Source of the DNA: a virus | Virus record (IMG/VR): IMGVR_UViG_3300020583_000139 | Location: 7,868-71,867 of that record | DNA: 64,000 nucleotides | Direction: 5' to 3' (one strand) | In this document: piece after piece, positions 49,432-59,011 of the stretch | Layout: the number at the start of each line of letters is the position of its first letter | Numbering within the stretch: position 1 is the stretch's first letter | Notes under the pieces: model-generated | Told to the model about the DNA's origin: nothing | Database searches by the model: none | What the model saw: only the letters and a program-made list of their open reading frames with translations | Position numbers and translations under genes: made by a program

Positions 49432-50049
49432 AGGATTTTCTTACGATGGTCCATGCGCCAGCATAGCCACCAGCCAAGCATCGCGAGCCCCAAACCGAAA
49501 GTGAAACAGATAATCATTCCTTTGCTCGACGGCCGCATTCGGGGCAATACGTTGGTTTGAGTTGGTCGTCCAGATCGTTCACGTAGTAAAAAATGGCCTT
49601 GCACTCAGAGCATGAGAGTTGGAGCGTTTCGAGTGTGCGTTTCTCCATAAATCCGATGCGCGTTTCTTCGGTGAGTCGTTTCGAGGCCATCACAGATTAC
49701 CCGCCGATGCTGGAAAGAAAATCGTAGAGCACTTTGAATCCCAACGCGATACCGACAAGGACAGCACCCACAAAGAGAATCAATTTCCAATGCCTACGCA
49801 TCGACTGTCCGCGAGAGCACGAAACAATACCATGCGCAAGCTAACCCGCACACAATAGAAGGCAGAACGAATCCGCGATATGCGCAGCGAATCATTCCGC
49901 AGGTAAAGAAGAAGAGGAGAAATTTAAAAGTCGCTCTTGGGCTGGGCATTCCAAACGCTCTTTCTGGCTACTTGGGAGCGACCTGCCACTAGTATGCAGA
50001 CTAATTCCGTCGCTCCCTTTCGCCCGTCGTTGTGGGTTGTAAATGGATA

Positions 50050-50556
50050 TCAAAATGGCATCCGTTCTTCGTCCTCTTGCTCAATCTCCTCTTCGTCTTC
50101 TACGTCGCAATGTGCCCTGTGTCCGTCTTCTGGATTCCCGCCGCAACAGGCGAACGTCCGATCTTGCGCTGGTGCTTGGAGGAGTTTTTCCTTGTCAGGC
50201 ATTTCCAGAAGAATGAGTTCGCGCCGAATCACTCTCTCAAGAGCAGCGCGTGCGGTCGCTTCCGTACATGGAGTGATGGAGTAGATTGCGCCCGGTCCAA
50301 TTAGTCGAGACTTCGCTGGCGAGGCAGGGCGTTTTACTTTCGCGCCCGCTGGAACCCACCTCGTTCCTTTCTCGCTGTCCATGGCATATTCAGGTGCTTC
50401 GAGAACGTACTCGCGTTCAGGAAGTTCAGGGGTGTCGCATCTGAATAAGACCGCAGAGCCATACGCTTCCGTGGTCACATAGCCCACTTCCTTTGCGTGA
50501 CCAAACATCTCCACGAGAGCCCACCCTTCGAAACTTGCTACTTTTGGTTCAGCCAT
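50050..50556 (-). CDS. conserved phage hypothetical protein
   Basis: AGGAGG RBS; WALVE.FGH....G.V, R.D.P, G.GAIY.ITP.TE..A. Confidence 0.7.
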   Translation of the reverse strand: MAEPKVASFEGWALVEMFGHAKEVGYVTTEAYGSAVLFRCDTPELPEREYVLEAPEYAMDSEKGTRWVPAGAKVKRPASPAKSRLIGPGAIYSITPCTEATARAALERVIRRELILLEMPDKEKLLQAPAQDRTFACCGGNPEDGHRAHCDVEDEEEIEQEDEERMPF

Positions 50557-50563
50557 ATTCCTC

Positions 50564-50848
50564 CTAGTTAGCCCACTTTCCCCATGGGGCCACACGCATC
50601 AGTTCGCGAATCTTGCGCCGCGAGTCCAAGATTTCTTTTGGCAGATGCTTTGGTAATTCGTGATGCGGTTGCATGAGACTCCACAAAACACTCTCCGGTA
50701 TAACACCCACTACATTCTTGTCGTAACCGAATCGCTTGTTCCACAGTTGCGCATATTCGTTCCAACTATTCGCAGCGCGCCGCCAAGTCCGCGATGAGTA
50801 AGCGTGCGCCTTGTAGAGTTTCCCATTCCTGAACCAAACGACCAGCAT
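50564..50848 (-). CDS. hypothetical protein
   Basis: coupled TAATG junction with upstream gene. Confidence 0.5.
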   Translation of the reverse strand: MLVVWFRNGKLYKAHAYSSRTWRRAANSWNEYAQLWNKRFGYDKNVVGVIPESVLWSLMQPHHELPKHLPKEILDSRRKIRELMRVAPWGKWAN

Positions 50849-51120
50849 TATGCTGGCTCCAGATATTTTAGCGACACGATCATGATGTTGCCCGCGTCTT
50901 TGTAGCCGACGTCAATTCTAATCATTGCGCGCGGAGGCCAGCCCGGTCCCGTCAAGCGCACGCCAAGCAATTCCGTAATGATTCCAGTTTTTCCGGCATG
51001 AGGATGCGGCGCTGTCGTCTCTACGGTATTACCTTCGCTGGCCCGCTCTGGAAGAGGTTGACCTAGCTCCGCGATAGGGATTGGCTTCGTGGTGACGCGG
51101 ACATGATCGCCTGTCTTCAT
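50848..51120 (-). CDS. small SH3/KOW-like hypothetical protein
   Basis: MK.GD.VRV...G..G.I....LEP pattern. Confidence 0.5.
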   Translation of the reverse strand: MKTGDHVRVTTKPIPIAELGQPLPERASEGNTVETTAPHPHAGKTGIITELLGVRLTGPGWPPRAMIRIDVGYKDAGNIMIVSLKYLEPA

Positions 51121-51125
51121 AAGAA

Positions 51126-51563
51126 TCAGTGATGCAGAATTACGACGTGCGACAAATCAACGTGGCTCGTTTCCGTCCAGTTGTCTTCCGCTGGTTTGTT
51201 CAGGCCGCCGTGCCATTGGTAAGCACCCCAGCCGATGATTCCGAGATTGCTCCCGTAGCTAATGCTGTCCCCCACCTTGCCGCCGAGTTTGTATCCTACA
51301 ATCTGCCCCACGACATCAAGTGCCATGGTTGTTCCGTACTCACCCCACGCGGCACCGTAATGCCCTTGGCAGTTCTCGACGTTTGGGATGCGGCAACGAC
51401 GGAGCCCCTCCTCATAAACCACACCAGCTACGACCGTAGTTACGACTCGCGTGCGGATAGGATGGTCGCGGAACTGACGCTTCGTCCAATCAATAGGGCC
51501 AGCTTGCGCATGCGCAGAACAAAGCAAAAGAACTCCAAGAGCGATTATTTTCTTCATAGTCAT
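51126..51563 (-). CDS. secreted/membrane hypothetical protein
   Basis: MKKIIALGVLLLCSAHAQA signal peptide. Confidence 0.6.
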   Translation of the reverse strand: MTMKKIIALGVLLLCSAHAQAGPIDWTKRQFRDHPIRTRVVTTVVAGVVYEEGLRRCRIPNVENCQGHYGAAWGEYGTTMALDVVGQIVGYKLGGKVGDSISYGSNLGIIGWGAYQWHGGLNKPAEDNWTETSHVDLSHVVILHH

Positions 51564-51976
51564 TTCCCGTGTCCTTTGCAGAACGCCATCCCGCAAGTTT
51601 TGCAGGGTTTCACCGCTGGAGCGCTTCCCAATCCAGCATCTCCACTCGCGACAGTCCCCACATCGGTCGAAGATTCGGGAGCGCTTCCAGATCGCCGGAT
51701 TGCGTCGTGGGCAACGGTTTCAACTGCTCCAAGCGTACCCGAATGTCGATGACCTCGGCGACGGCCAGATCCTCCGGTCGCGCCAGCGCTCCGTCCTTCC
51801 AGATTAGCGTCTGGAGTCCGAGCGGGGTTTTTACTTCCACGATTTTGAACATGACTACTTCCGTTTCCGGGCTGGGAAAGTATTTGCCGTTTTATCCATG
51901 AACTGAGCGGTCGGCCATCCGCTAGAGCCTGTATTTGTGCGTATTCCTCGTCAGTCACGATGACTGTAATCCGCAT
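51560..51976 (-). CDS. RHH-like DNA-binding protein with disordered tail and C-terminal Zn knuckle
   Basis: MRITV.VTDEEY..I..LA....LSSWIK; CKTCG..FC.GH. Confidence 0.6.
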   Translation of the reverse strand: MRITVIVTDEEYAQIQALADGRPLSSWIKRQILSQPGNGSSHVQNRGSKNPARTPDANLEGRSAGATGGSGRRRGHRHSGTLGAVETVAHDAIRRSGSAPESSTDVGTVASGDAGLGSAPAVKPCKTCGMAFCKGHGK

Positions 51977-52015
51977 GTGCGCAACTGTACTACAAGTGCG
52001 CAACTGTGCGCAACT
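51977..52015. repeat. three exact GTGCGCAACT direct repeats over the RHH promoter (operator)
   Basis: copies at 51977, 51996 and 52006. Confidence 0.8.
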
Positions 52016-52222
52016 ATATGTTTTGTGAGCATGGCCTTCTTTGGGACAGACTTACGCCTGCCTTCGGGCCATGATTTACATGGAGGACGTTATGAAAAAG
52101 CCAAAGGTATCCACAAAGAAATCGAAGTCGAAGAAAGTTACGAAAGAGCCAGTCAAGGCAGCCCATGTCGAAGAAGTAGCACCAGCCGCGCCAGTCGCGG
52201 AAATTCCAGCAACGCCGCACAA

Positions 52223-52477
52223 TTAGGGTTTTCGTTTATCCCAGTCTTGGTTTTCGAGAACCTTGAACCCACTGGCCATTTCGTCAACCAAGTTGGTATT
52301 CGTGTCAGCGGCGCCCGAGGTGGCTTTTGCGGGGACGCGGGGCATGTCGCCTCTGGCGAGTTCTGTGCGGTGATTCGCGTCTTCCACTTTTGTGTTGCGC
52401 CACTTGCCGCCTGTATTGATGGGCTCCGGTGGACCTGTTACCGATACGGGTGGTTGTCCTTGTTTTAGTGGTGGCAT
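52223..52477 (-). CDS. small protein downstream of portal
   Basis: AAGGAG RBS; starts MPPLK. Confidence 0.6.
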   Translation of the reverse strand: MPPLKQGQPPVSVTGPPEPINTGGKWRNTKVEDANHRTELARGDMPRVPAKATSGAADTNTNLVDEMASGFKVLENQDWDKRKP

Positions 52478-52488
52478 GATCGCTCCTT

Positions 52489-52767
52489 TTATTTCTTATT
52501 GAAGGCTTTACGCATTGCTTCCTTCTTCTCGGGCGTCAAGTTCTTGCGCTGTTCGGCAGTCAGGGAATTTCTCATCCATCCTTCGAAGCCACTAATACCT
52601 TTCTCGAACGGCCCAGGTTCCTTACCTTTTGCTTTTCTCGCTGCGGCTGCGGCCTCGCGTGCTTCGGGAGACCAAGTATCCACATTTGTCGATTCGGGAA
52701 GCGTTGATGGTAAACCAGAATCGCCGATAGGAGTGTTGCGCCAACTTGCCGGTTTCAGTGGAGGCAT
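52489..52767 (-). CDS. small protein downstream of portal
   Basis: AAGGAG RBS; starts MPPLK; WS.EAR.AA..AR motif. Confidence 0.65.
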   Translation of the reverse strand: MPPLKPASWRNTPIGDSGLPSTLPESTNVDTWSPEAREAAAAARKAKGKEPGPFEKGISGFEGWMRNSLTAEQRKNLTPEKKEAMRKAFNKK

Positions 52768-52770
52768 AGT

Positions 52771-54744
52771 TTAGCTCCTTATCATCTGCGGTCGTTTCTT
52801 TGTCGCGAGAACGCGATCTATAAACTTTCCAACTGGCAGAATTTCCATTGAACCAAAATGCTCAGGCCGGTCATAATTCGAGTAGAACGCAGCGCGTGCT
52901 TCGGCTTGCGAACCAAAATTAACGAAACATTTATCCTCATCGAACTCCATGAAGTCGGGTGCCTTCATTGTGTGGATGACGTAGACTTCCTCTGAGTTTG
53001 GGTCAGGCCCTACAAATACGTCAACGTGGTCCCCATCGGTGCCTCTCGTGTTGCGCAGGTACCCGTAGTCGTGAGTAAGTGTCACTTCCCAATCGTTGCC
53101 GCCTTTGTCTTTGCCCTTGCGCGTCGAGCCAGCTTCATTCTCAATGGAGATATCCAGTCCGTGCCACACGATGCGTTTATGTAATGAGCGCGCATCTGCG
53201 ACGACCGCATCTGCAGCACCCGTTTTGCGCAGTATGGATTGAGGACGTTCAGGATGACCAGGACTTGGTCCTTTACCTTCGATGCCAGCGAGCAACTCCT
53301 CGCCAGGCAGTTCAGGTTCCTCTTCGGCCTCGTTAATCTGTTCGTCGGTAATGTTTGTGAAGACATTCGTGGTTTCGCCCAAGGCTTGCAATTCTTGCAT
53401 GGCTGTTTTGCGGCCTATCACGCCCGAATCGTAAGCAGCAAGAATCGGTGCAGAGGCTTTCGTAACTAGCTCTGCTTTTTCTTCCTCGGTGAGTACGCGG
53501 ATCGACGGGAAAGACATATCCAAGTCGTCCGGAACTTCGCCAAAATCACTCATCAAGATTACGGGGAAAAGTTTGTCCAAGTTAGGGCGCAGATGGTTGC
53601 TTTGTTCTTTTGCAATGCGCTGCTCATAGAGGAGTTCGTCGGAATCGTTTGTTTGTCCCAAGCCAGTGATGGTACGGCCAAAAAGATGCGTGATGGTATC
53701 TTCGGCTGCGCCCGCCACATCCATCTGGAACTGTTGATAGACTTCGCTCATGCCGGCGAACGAATACTGGACCGCTTTCATGTCGCCATCTTTACCAAGG
53801 ATGAGCATGGACTGATTCGAGAGGATTTCATTCTGTGCCTGAAGCACACTGGCGAGTCGTTGTTGTGCCTGAGTGCCAGCGCCTAGTCCAGCGAGAAATT
53901 GGTCAAGAGTGGGATCGACACGCGCAATAATATTTGCGCGGAACATGAGCTGCAAGATCGACCAAGATGCATTGTCCTTTTTCCGTAGTTCTTCATAGAC
54001 CAATTCGAGGATCGAAATACCCCAATAGAGTTGCGCCTGGAGTTCTGGCGTAGGAATCTCTGGACCTGTAAATCTCAAGATGCGGCTGGAATGCACGCGG
54101 AAGTTTTGACCTTTGTCCTGCGCGTAGCAGTTGTAATATTCTGGTAGTCCCCATTCGAGAGGATGCCGCAAGTTTTCCGAAAGTTCGCTATCTTCGGGCC
54201 AGATGCCTACCCAACGATCAAACGGGATGAGTCCTAGATAACTACCTGGGTTCACGTCATCTAGGTCGAGTGGCTCTGCGAGAATCTTTTCGTGGCCTTT
54301 GATGACAATAAGCGCGCCCGCTCCGCCGTAGAGTCGTGCCCACTTCAAGGCTCGGCAAATGTTGTATGGCGAATATGTGCGCTGAATCGTCCGATTGAAA
54401 GTCTTGATATCCTCTGGGTCAATATCGGACACGAGCTTTGGCCATGCTCGTACCATATCCTCGGCTTTGCCATCCACGATTCGGCGCGCGAGCCAGTGAT
54501 TTCTGTAAAGCGTCAAAAGTAACCAGTAATTATTTGAGAGCCGGACCATTTCATAATCCGTGCCCTCAGTCAAAGATGGGCTACCCCATCCCATCCTGGC
54601 TACCATGTTCACGAAATAATCGATGCCGGTTTGACGGAGAGGATCGGTCGCGTCTGTCGCGACTCCATTGCCATTGGCGTGACCGTTTTTCTTGGCTTTG
54701 GCGATGCGGTCGCGGGCGATGCGCTTTTTGGTTTTGGCTCTCAC
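52771..54744 (-). CDS. portal protein (DUF1073-like) fused to a C-terminal inorganic pyrophosphatase-like domain
   Basis: LYR..W.ARRIVD..AEDM.R, WARLYGG, VH.SR...F.G, LFG....G; C-terminal IEN..GS.R, YGY...T.G.DGD.VDVF.G, DE.K. Confidence 0.88.
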   Translation of the reverse strand: MRAKTKKRIARDRIAKAKKNGHANGNGVATDATDPLRQTGIDYFVNMVARMGWGSPSLTEGTDYEMVRLSNNYWLLLTLYRNHWLARRIVDGKAEDMVRAWPKLVSDIDPEDIKTFNRTIQRTYSPYNICRALKWARLYGGAGALIVIKGHEKILAEPLDLDDVNPGSYLGLIPFDRWVGIWPEDSELSENLRHPLEWGLPEYYNCYAQDKGQNFRVHSSRILRFTGPEIPTPELQAQLYWGISILELVYEELRKKDNASWSILQLMFRANIIARVDPTLDQFLAGLGAGTQAQQRLASVLQAQNEILSNQSMLILGKDGDMKAVQYSFAGMSEVYQQFQMDVAGAAEDTITHLFGRTITGLGQTNDSDELLYEQRIAKEQSNHLRPNLDKLFPVILMSDFGEVPDDLDMSFPSIRVLTEEEKAELVTKASAPILAAYDSGVIGRKTAMQELQALGETTNVFTNITDEQINEAEEEPELPGEELLAGIEGKGPSPGHPERPQSILRKTGAADAVVADARSLHKRIVWHGLDISIENEAGSTRKGKDKGGNDWEVTLTHDYGYLRNTRGTDGDHVDVFVGPDPNSEEVYVIHTMKAPDFMEFDEDKCFVNFGSQAEARAAFYSNYDRPEHFGSMEILPVGKFIDRVLATKKRPQMIRS

Positions 54745-54947
54745 TGAATTTTAGACAACTCAAGATCATCAGCGAAAATAATAAACTTTATATTCTGAGG
54801 CTGCAGGAGGTCATTTATTAAGTTGACTTGCTTTGCGAAAACCTCGCCTACCCCACCAGTTGGAATTCGTATTGCATAACTGTGGTTAGGCTCAAGTTCG
54901 AAAACGTCGGTGAGCGGTATGAGACTTTTGAGTTTTTTAATATCCAT
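54741..54947 (-). CDS. hypothetical protein
   Basis: GTGA overlap with portal start. Confidence 0.5.
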   Translation of the reverse strand: MDIKKLKSLIPLTDVFELEPNHSYAIRIPTGGVGEVFAKQVNLINDLLQPQNIKFIIFADDLELSKIQ

Positions 54948-54953
54948 GGAATC

Positions 54954-55277
54954 TCACTTGTTCGTGACTGACCAGCTCGCCGTGCTCGTGCCGTTCGCGG
55001 CCGAGACCACAAAGACTTGCGCGAGGTCGTTCACATCGAACGCATCCGAGGCACCCGCTGAAATAAGTTTTCCGTTGGCTGTCGTAACACCGTTATTGTT
55101 GCCGTAGAACAGCGCTCCACCGACTGCGGCAAGGTTTACATGGACGCCTTCGCCGCGGACTGCTCCGCCACTGAGCACTGCTCCAAGGGGATTCTGCGGG
55201 ACTACGGAGGGCAACGGTTGCGCGGGGCCGGTCGTTACCGCTTGCTGGCCCGTCGCGAGTAACGGGTAATTCGGCAT
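54954..55277 (-). CDS. small beta-rich hypothetical protein
   Basis: GAGGTGG RBS; Y.G...VT..NG..I.AG.S pattern. Confidence 0.6.
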   Translation of the reverse strand: MPNYPLLATGQQAVTTGPAQPLPSVVPQNPLGAVLSGGAVRGEGVHVNLAAVGGALFYGNNNGVTTANGKLISAGASDAFDVNDLAQVFVVSAANGTSTASWSVTNK

Positions 55278-55301
55278 AGGCCACCTCGCGGAAAGTATAG
55301 C

Positions 55302-56540
55302 CTAAGCCGCTGCCAGCATGTAGCGGTACTTTGGAATCTTGGTGTGTAGTCCGTACCGAAGGCAATCAGCTTCATCATCGTTCTGCTTTAGGGGCTCCTC
55401 GACACCTCGCTTGGCTTTGTTGGGGTCCCAGACGTGGGCCATGATCCCCCGGAGCGTGCGCACACATTTCCGATTGATACGCAGTTTCCGCATTGCCATC
55501 ATGCCGGCGACAGTCTGCAATCCTTCGGTGACTTCGTTCTTTGCCTCAGCTACCCATATTCCGCGCCCTGCACATTCGTTTCGGAAACTGAGAGCCTCGG
55601 GCGGAATGATAACTTGGCAGGCTTGGTTCCCCATGAATTTGATGAGATTGTCCGCGTGTTGGCCGTCCGTGAGTTGGCGCATCTCTTGTTCGCTGTCCCA
55701 CACAAATTCGCGGTCAAGCCAAACCGTATCGCCATCGTCCCAGAATTCTTGGTAAACGTGAGGATGGTTTGTTCCGTAGTCGTTGCTGATCCAGTGGTCT
55801 TGGTGCCCGCCAGCATTCTTGAGCGTGATCGGTGCTTCGTCATAAATGAGTTCATCGCTCCACGCATCGCCCCAGATTGAGCCTTGCGCCATGACCCAGA
55901 GTCCGAGGATAAAGCGCATGTAGAACATGCCCTTGTAGAATTTCTTGAGCGTGTCCACGTAATCTCTGCCGAGATTCGGATTGTCTTCCATCGTCATGTG
56001 CAGATGGAACAATTCCTTTTGGAGTTCTCCGAGCGCCTTGTCAATAAAGCGTACCTTGAGCCAGTGCATCGGATTGTCGGGATTCGTCGTAGCGTAGAGC
56101 CGCGCGCCTTCGGGCGACATACGGGTGAGAAGCATGTCCCAAAAGGATTCGGGCATGAGCACAGCTTCGTCGACGATGGCTACGCCCACCGTGCTGCCAC
56201 GAATGAATTTTTCCGAAGCGATATCTCGAGCACCGAGTATTTTCCATTCCGTACCGAAGATGCTCAAGTGTCCTGTGTGCTGGCTGTAGGAATAATCGCG
56301 GTCGTCAATCAGGTCGAAGAGGTCTTTGAGAATGTTGGTGTAAACCGTGCCGGCCGTCTGGCCGATGAGCACGCGCCATCCAGGAACTTCGCTGTAACAC
56401 GCTTGCCAGATTTTCGGATGCAGAGCCCAAGTTTTCCCAGAGCGTACAGATCCATCGAGGATATTGATGCGCTTATCCTCGTGGAGAGGGCGCAGAGCAA
56501 AATCGTGAATGCGTGGGCCGTAATTAAGTCCGGATACCAA
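55302..56540 (-). CDS. terL: terminase large subunit (PBSX-like)
   Basis: Walker A DGSVRSGKT, Walker B AIVDEA, TTNP..P.HW, DNP.L, DYG..H, D...D..RY. Confidence 0.93.
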   Translation of the reverse strand: MVSGLNYGPRIHDFALRPLHEDKRINILDGSVRSGKTWALHPKIWQACYSEVPGWRVLIGQTAGTVYTNILKDLFDLIDDRDYSYSQHTGHLSIFGTEWKILGARDIASEKFIRGSTVGVAIVDEAVLMPESFWDMLLTRMSPEGARLYATTNPDNPMHWLKVRFIDKALGELQKELFHLHMTMEDNPNLGRDYVDTLKKFYKGMFYMRFILGLWVMAQGSIWGDAWSDELIYDEAPITLKNAGGHQDHWISNDYGTNHPHVYQEFWDDGDTVWLDREFVWDSEQEMRQLTDGQHADNLIKFMGNQACQVIIPPEALSFRNECAGRGIWVAEAKNEVTEGLQTVAGMMAMRKLRINRKCVRTLRGIMAHVWDPNKAKRGVEEPLKQNDDEADCLRYGLHTKIPKYRYMLAAA

Positions 56541-56555
56541 GCGTGTGCCTGGGAC

Positions 56556-57128
56556 TCACGATTTCTCTTCCGTAGGAGTCGGGGAATCATCTGGCGGTGA
56601 CGTCGCGGGTGGATTGGTGCGAGCTGCAGCGAGTGCGCCGATGAGTCCTTCAAGCCGATCTCTGCGACCCGTCCACTCGATGCGCATTGTTGACCGGCCT
56701 TCTTGGGCTTCGCGTATTTCCGTCATTGCGTGAACGTCACCACTCACGATGCCTTCGAGGTAGGCGCGGAATCCAAGCGTGCGATTGAAAGTAATTCCCT
56801 CGGGCAAATAGTCGGCATGTTCCATTTTCGCTGGCAAGTCGGGGCGAGGGTTCATCTTCATCGCTTCCGACAAGTACGCGCATGCTTGGCAGCCTAACAG
56901 CGCATTGAGTCTCCATCGCAGCGGGTCCGGGAGCACGCAATCACCAATCAATGTGTATTCGTCAGTGACCGGACGCCGGCCGTTTTTGCCCTCGGGGTTG
57001 AGCACCTGGCCGGGTTTTACTGGGATAAGATTCTTGAGAGTGTTAGGCGAAATGGTGCGCTTCATTCGATCCTTGGCACCTTTGGGCCTGCCCCGTTTTC
57101 TTTTGAACTTAATTTTGGGGATGTTCAT
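56556..57128 (-). CDS. terminase small subunit (putative)
   Basis: directly upstream of terL; NL.P..PGQ..NP.G motif. Confidence 0.7.
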   Translation of the reverse strand: MNIPKIKFKRKRGRPKGAKDRMKRTISPNTLKNLIPVKPGQVLNPEGKNGRRPVTDEYTLIGDCVLPDPLRWRLNALLGCQACAYLSEAMKMNPRPDLPAKMEHADYLPEGITFNRTLGFRAYLEGIVSGDVHAMTEIREAQEGRSTMRIEWTGRRDRLEGLIGALAAARTNPPATSPPDDSPTPTEEKS

Positions 57129-57153
57129 AGCCGCCAGAGAATTATATACCCGA

Positions 57154-57193
57154 ATGCGCAGGGATGCGCAACGGTGAGCAATTGTGCGTACCT
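57154..57193. repeat. four tandem degenerate 10-mers (RTGCGCAAYT) upstream of the terS -10 box
   Basis: ATGCGCAGGG, ATGCGCAACG, GTGAGCAATT, GTGCGTACCT; TATAAT on minus strand at 57141-57146. Confidence 0.6.
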
Positions 57194-57437
57194 ATTGAAC
57201 TGGAGGCCCTCCGATATATTCCGCGCCATCAATGGGGATCATGAGGTTCGTTAGTCCTCTGGCTTGGCAGAAGGGACTGCGGCGCCGGTGGTCATTGGCT
57301 AGAGCTACGATACAGACTTGTTCCATCCAGTGACACACGTCTTCATCTGACGCGCGTATGGGGACCGCGCAGTCTACTTTGACGAGTCCGCAGAGTTCGC
57401 AGGAATACTTGCAGAGGATGGTACGGGATTCGCTCAT
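57192..57437 (-). CDS. small Cys-rich hypothetical protein
   Basis: CxxCG...H....P.C; ATGA overlap with upstream ORF. Confidence 0.5.
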   Translation of the reverse strand: MSESRTILCKYSCELCGLVKVDCAVPIRASDEDVCHWMEQVCIVALANDHRRRSPFCQARGLTNLMIPIDGAEYIGGPPVQ

Positions 57438-57694
57438 GGCACCAATTGGGAGGGACGGAATTCTTTACAGTCGCAGCGATGCTCATGGGGGACAACAGAA
57501 GTGAGGCACGATATCTCTCTTTTCGAGCACTCCATCGCGCCATAGCAGGAATCGCCCGCAGAGGAATGGATAAATCGGTTATGGCCACAGGCGCATTGTT
57601 CAGTAAATGGATCACTGGCGTAGTAGACGGGATTCCCAAGGGGACATTTGTGGAGTCCTGGCCCGACTTCGATTCCGCATTTGTAGCAGCGCAT
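57434..57694 (-). CDS. small Cys/His-rich Zn-binding protein
   Basis: CYKCG..HKC; CACGH...H; C.C.EF. Confidence 0.55.
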   Translation of the reverse strand: MRCYKCGIEVGPGLHKCPLGNPVYYASDPFTEQCACGHNRFIHSSAGDSCYGAMECSKREISCLTSVVPHEHRCDCKEFRPSQLVP

Positions 57695-57955
57695 CTCAGT
57701 CTCCGATCAAGAGCATGTGCTCACATATCCAGCCGCCACTAGGTTCCATTTCCGTTCCAGTTTTCCAGTTCCACGCATGAGCGTAAGACGGGAACGATAC
57801 GATCTGCCATTCGCGACCGCCGCAGTGCTCAGGCTTGCTGCGCATCTTCTCGGTATCGATTTGGACGAACGTACCGCGCATCACAACCTTTGCGCCTTGT
57901 GCTTCCTGCATTTGCGCGCACCAATTCTCCACGGGAGCGATTTCGACTTGCAAGA

Positions 57956-58282
57956 TCACGGTTTGCTTTCCCACTTCGGTCCATCTGGAGTATCTTCCAA
58001 ATGGCACGTTCCATCGGAGCGGGCATAGAACCAAGTTTTACCATCAGTCGAACATTCGACCTTGCCTGCTTCGGTAAGGCTAAGAGTTGAAAGCATAAGT
58101 ATAGGTCGGTCGGTTGGACAAGCTACGGCTTGTTTTTGGCCTACCAAAGAGAAGAGGTACAGGACACCAAAAAAGTACGCAATGGCGCCGAATGCCAACA
58201 CGGCGCCCCAGAACGGATGCCGCAGCGCCCAACCGAGTATTCGATATGCGAGTTCTTTTGTCTGTTCGTCGGTCATGTTCAA
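57956..58282 (-). CDS. membrane-anchored hypothetical protein
   Basis: TM segment followed by a Cys-containing domain. Confidence 0.45.
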   Translation of the reverse strand: MNMTDEQTKELAYRILGWALRHPFWGAVLAFGAIAYFFGVLYLFSLVGQKQAVACPTDRPILMLSTLSLTEAGKVECSTDGKTWFYARSDGTCHLEDTPDGPKWESKP

Positions 58283-59011
58283 CCTTTCTTAAATATCAAT
58301 TCGCGAATCTCTTGGCCGCGTTCCAGATATCCTTGCGTTATTGATCTCCCTACCGTATCGCTGCCAAGGACATCCGGAGCGCGTAAATCCATCATCATAC
58401 TTTCAAGCGCGCATCGAAGCGTCATTGCCTGCGCTTTACTTAGGAGTACGCCATTTATCGTGATCGTTGGTTCCATCACGGCCTCACCGCGCTGTGCAAC
58501 CAACGCCAGCCAAGGGACACGAGACCTAAGCCGATGAAGCCGATGGCCAGGATAATACCGAACGCGATTGCGCCGGTTGCGAGACTCGCATTGTAGGCGT
58601 CGCGCTCCTCGCACGCAGGGACCGAAGCATCAGGCGTGGTTAGCCAGAATAGAAACGCTGCGGCTGTACAGAGCGTAGCGAAGATGAACAATCCGCTTAT
58701 CATGACCGCTCCATTTTAGTGGTGGGCTTGACGTACCCACCGTGAGGATGACGGTCCACGCAAGGCGGAGTGGGAGGAAATCCCGCAGGACGCGAGACAA
58801 CCATGCACCCCGAGCCAAGATCAAAGTCGTATCTAGCGTCCATTGATGAGCACCTTCACACGATGCGCTCGCGCGACATGCGTGTTGAGTCCATGGGCCG
58901 CACGAACTGCATGATTCATTTTCGTCGGATCATCCCAATAAATACGCATCCACTTGCAGTCGGGTACGCGGCATTTCGCAAGAGTCTTTTGAGGTTGGCG
59001 AGTATAAGTGC

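Noticed and set aside
56541-56558. terS stop in frame with terL (possible readthrough fusion)
   Set aside because: A one-in-three coincidence; no other sign of stop recoding, and no suppressor tRNA in the cluster
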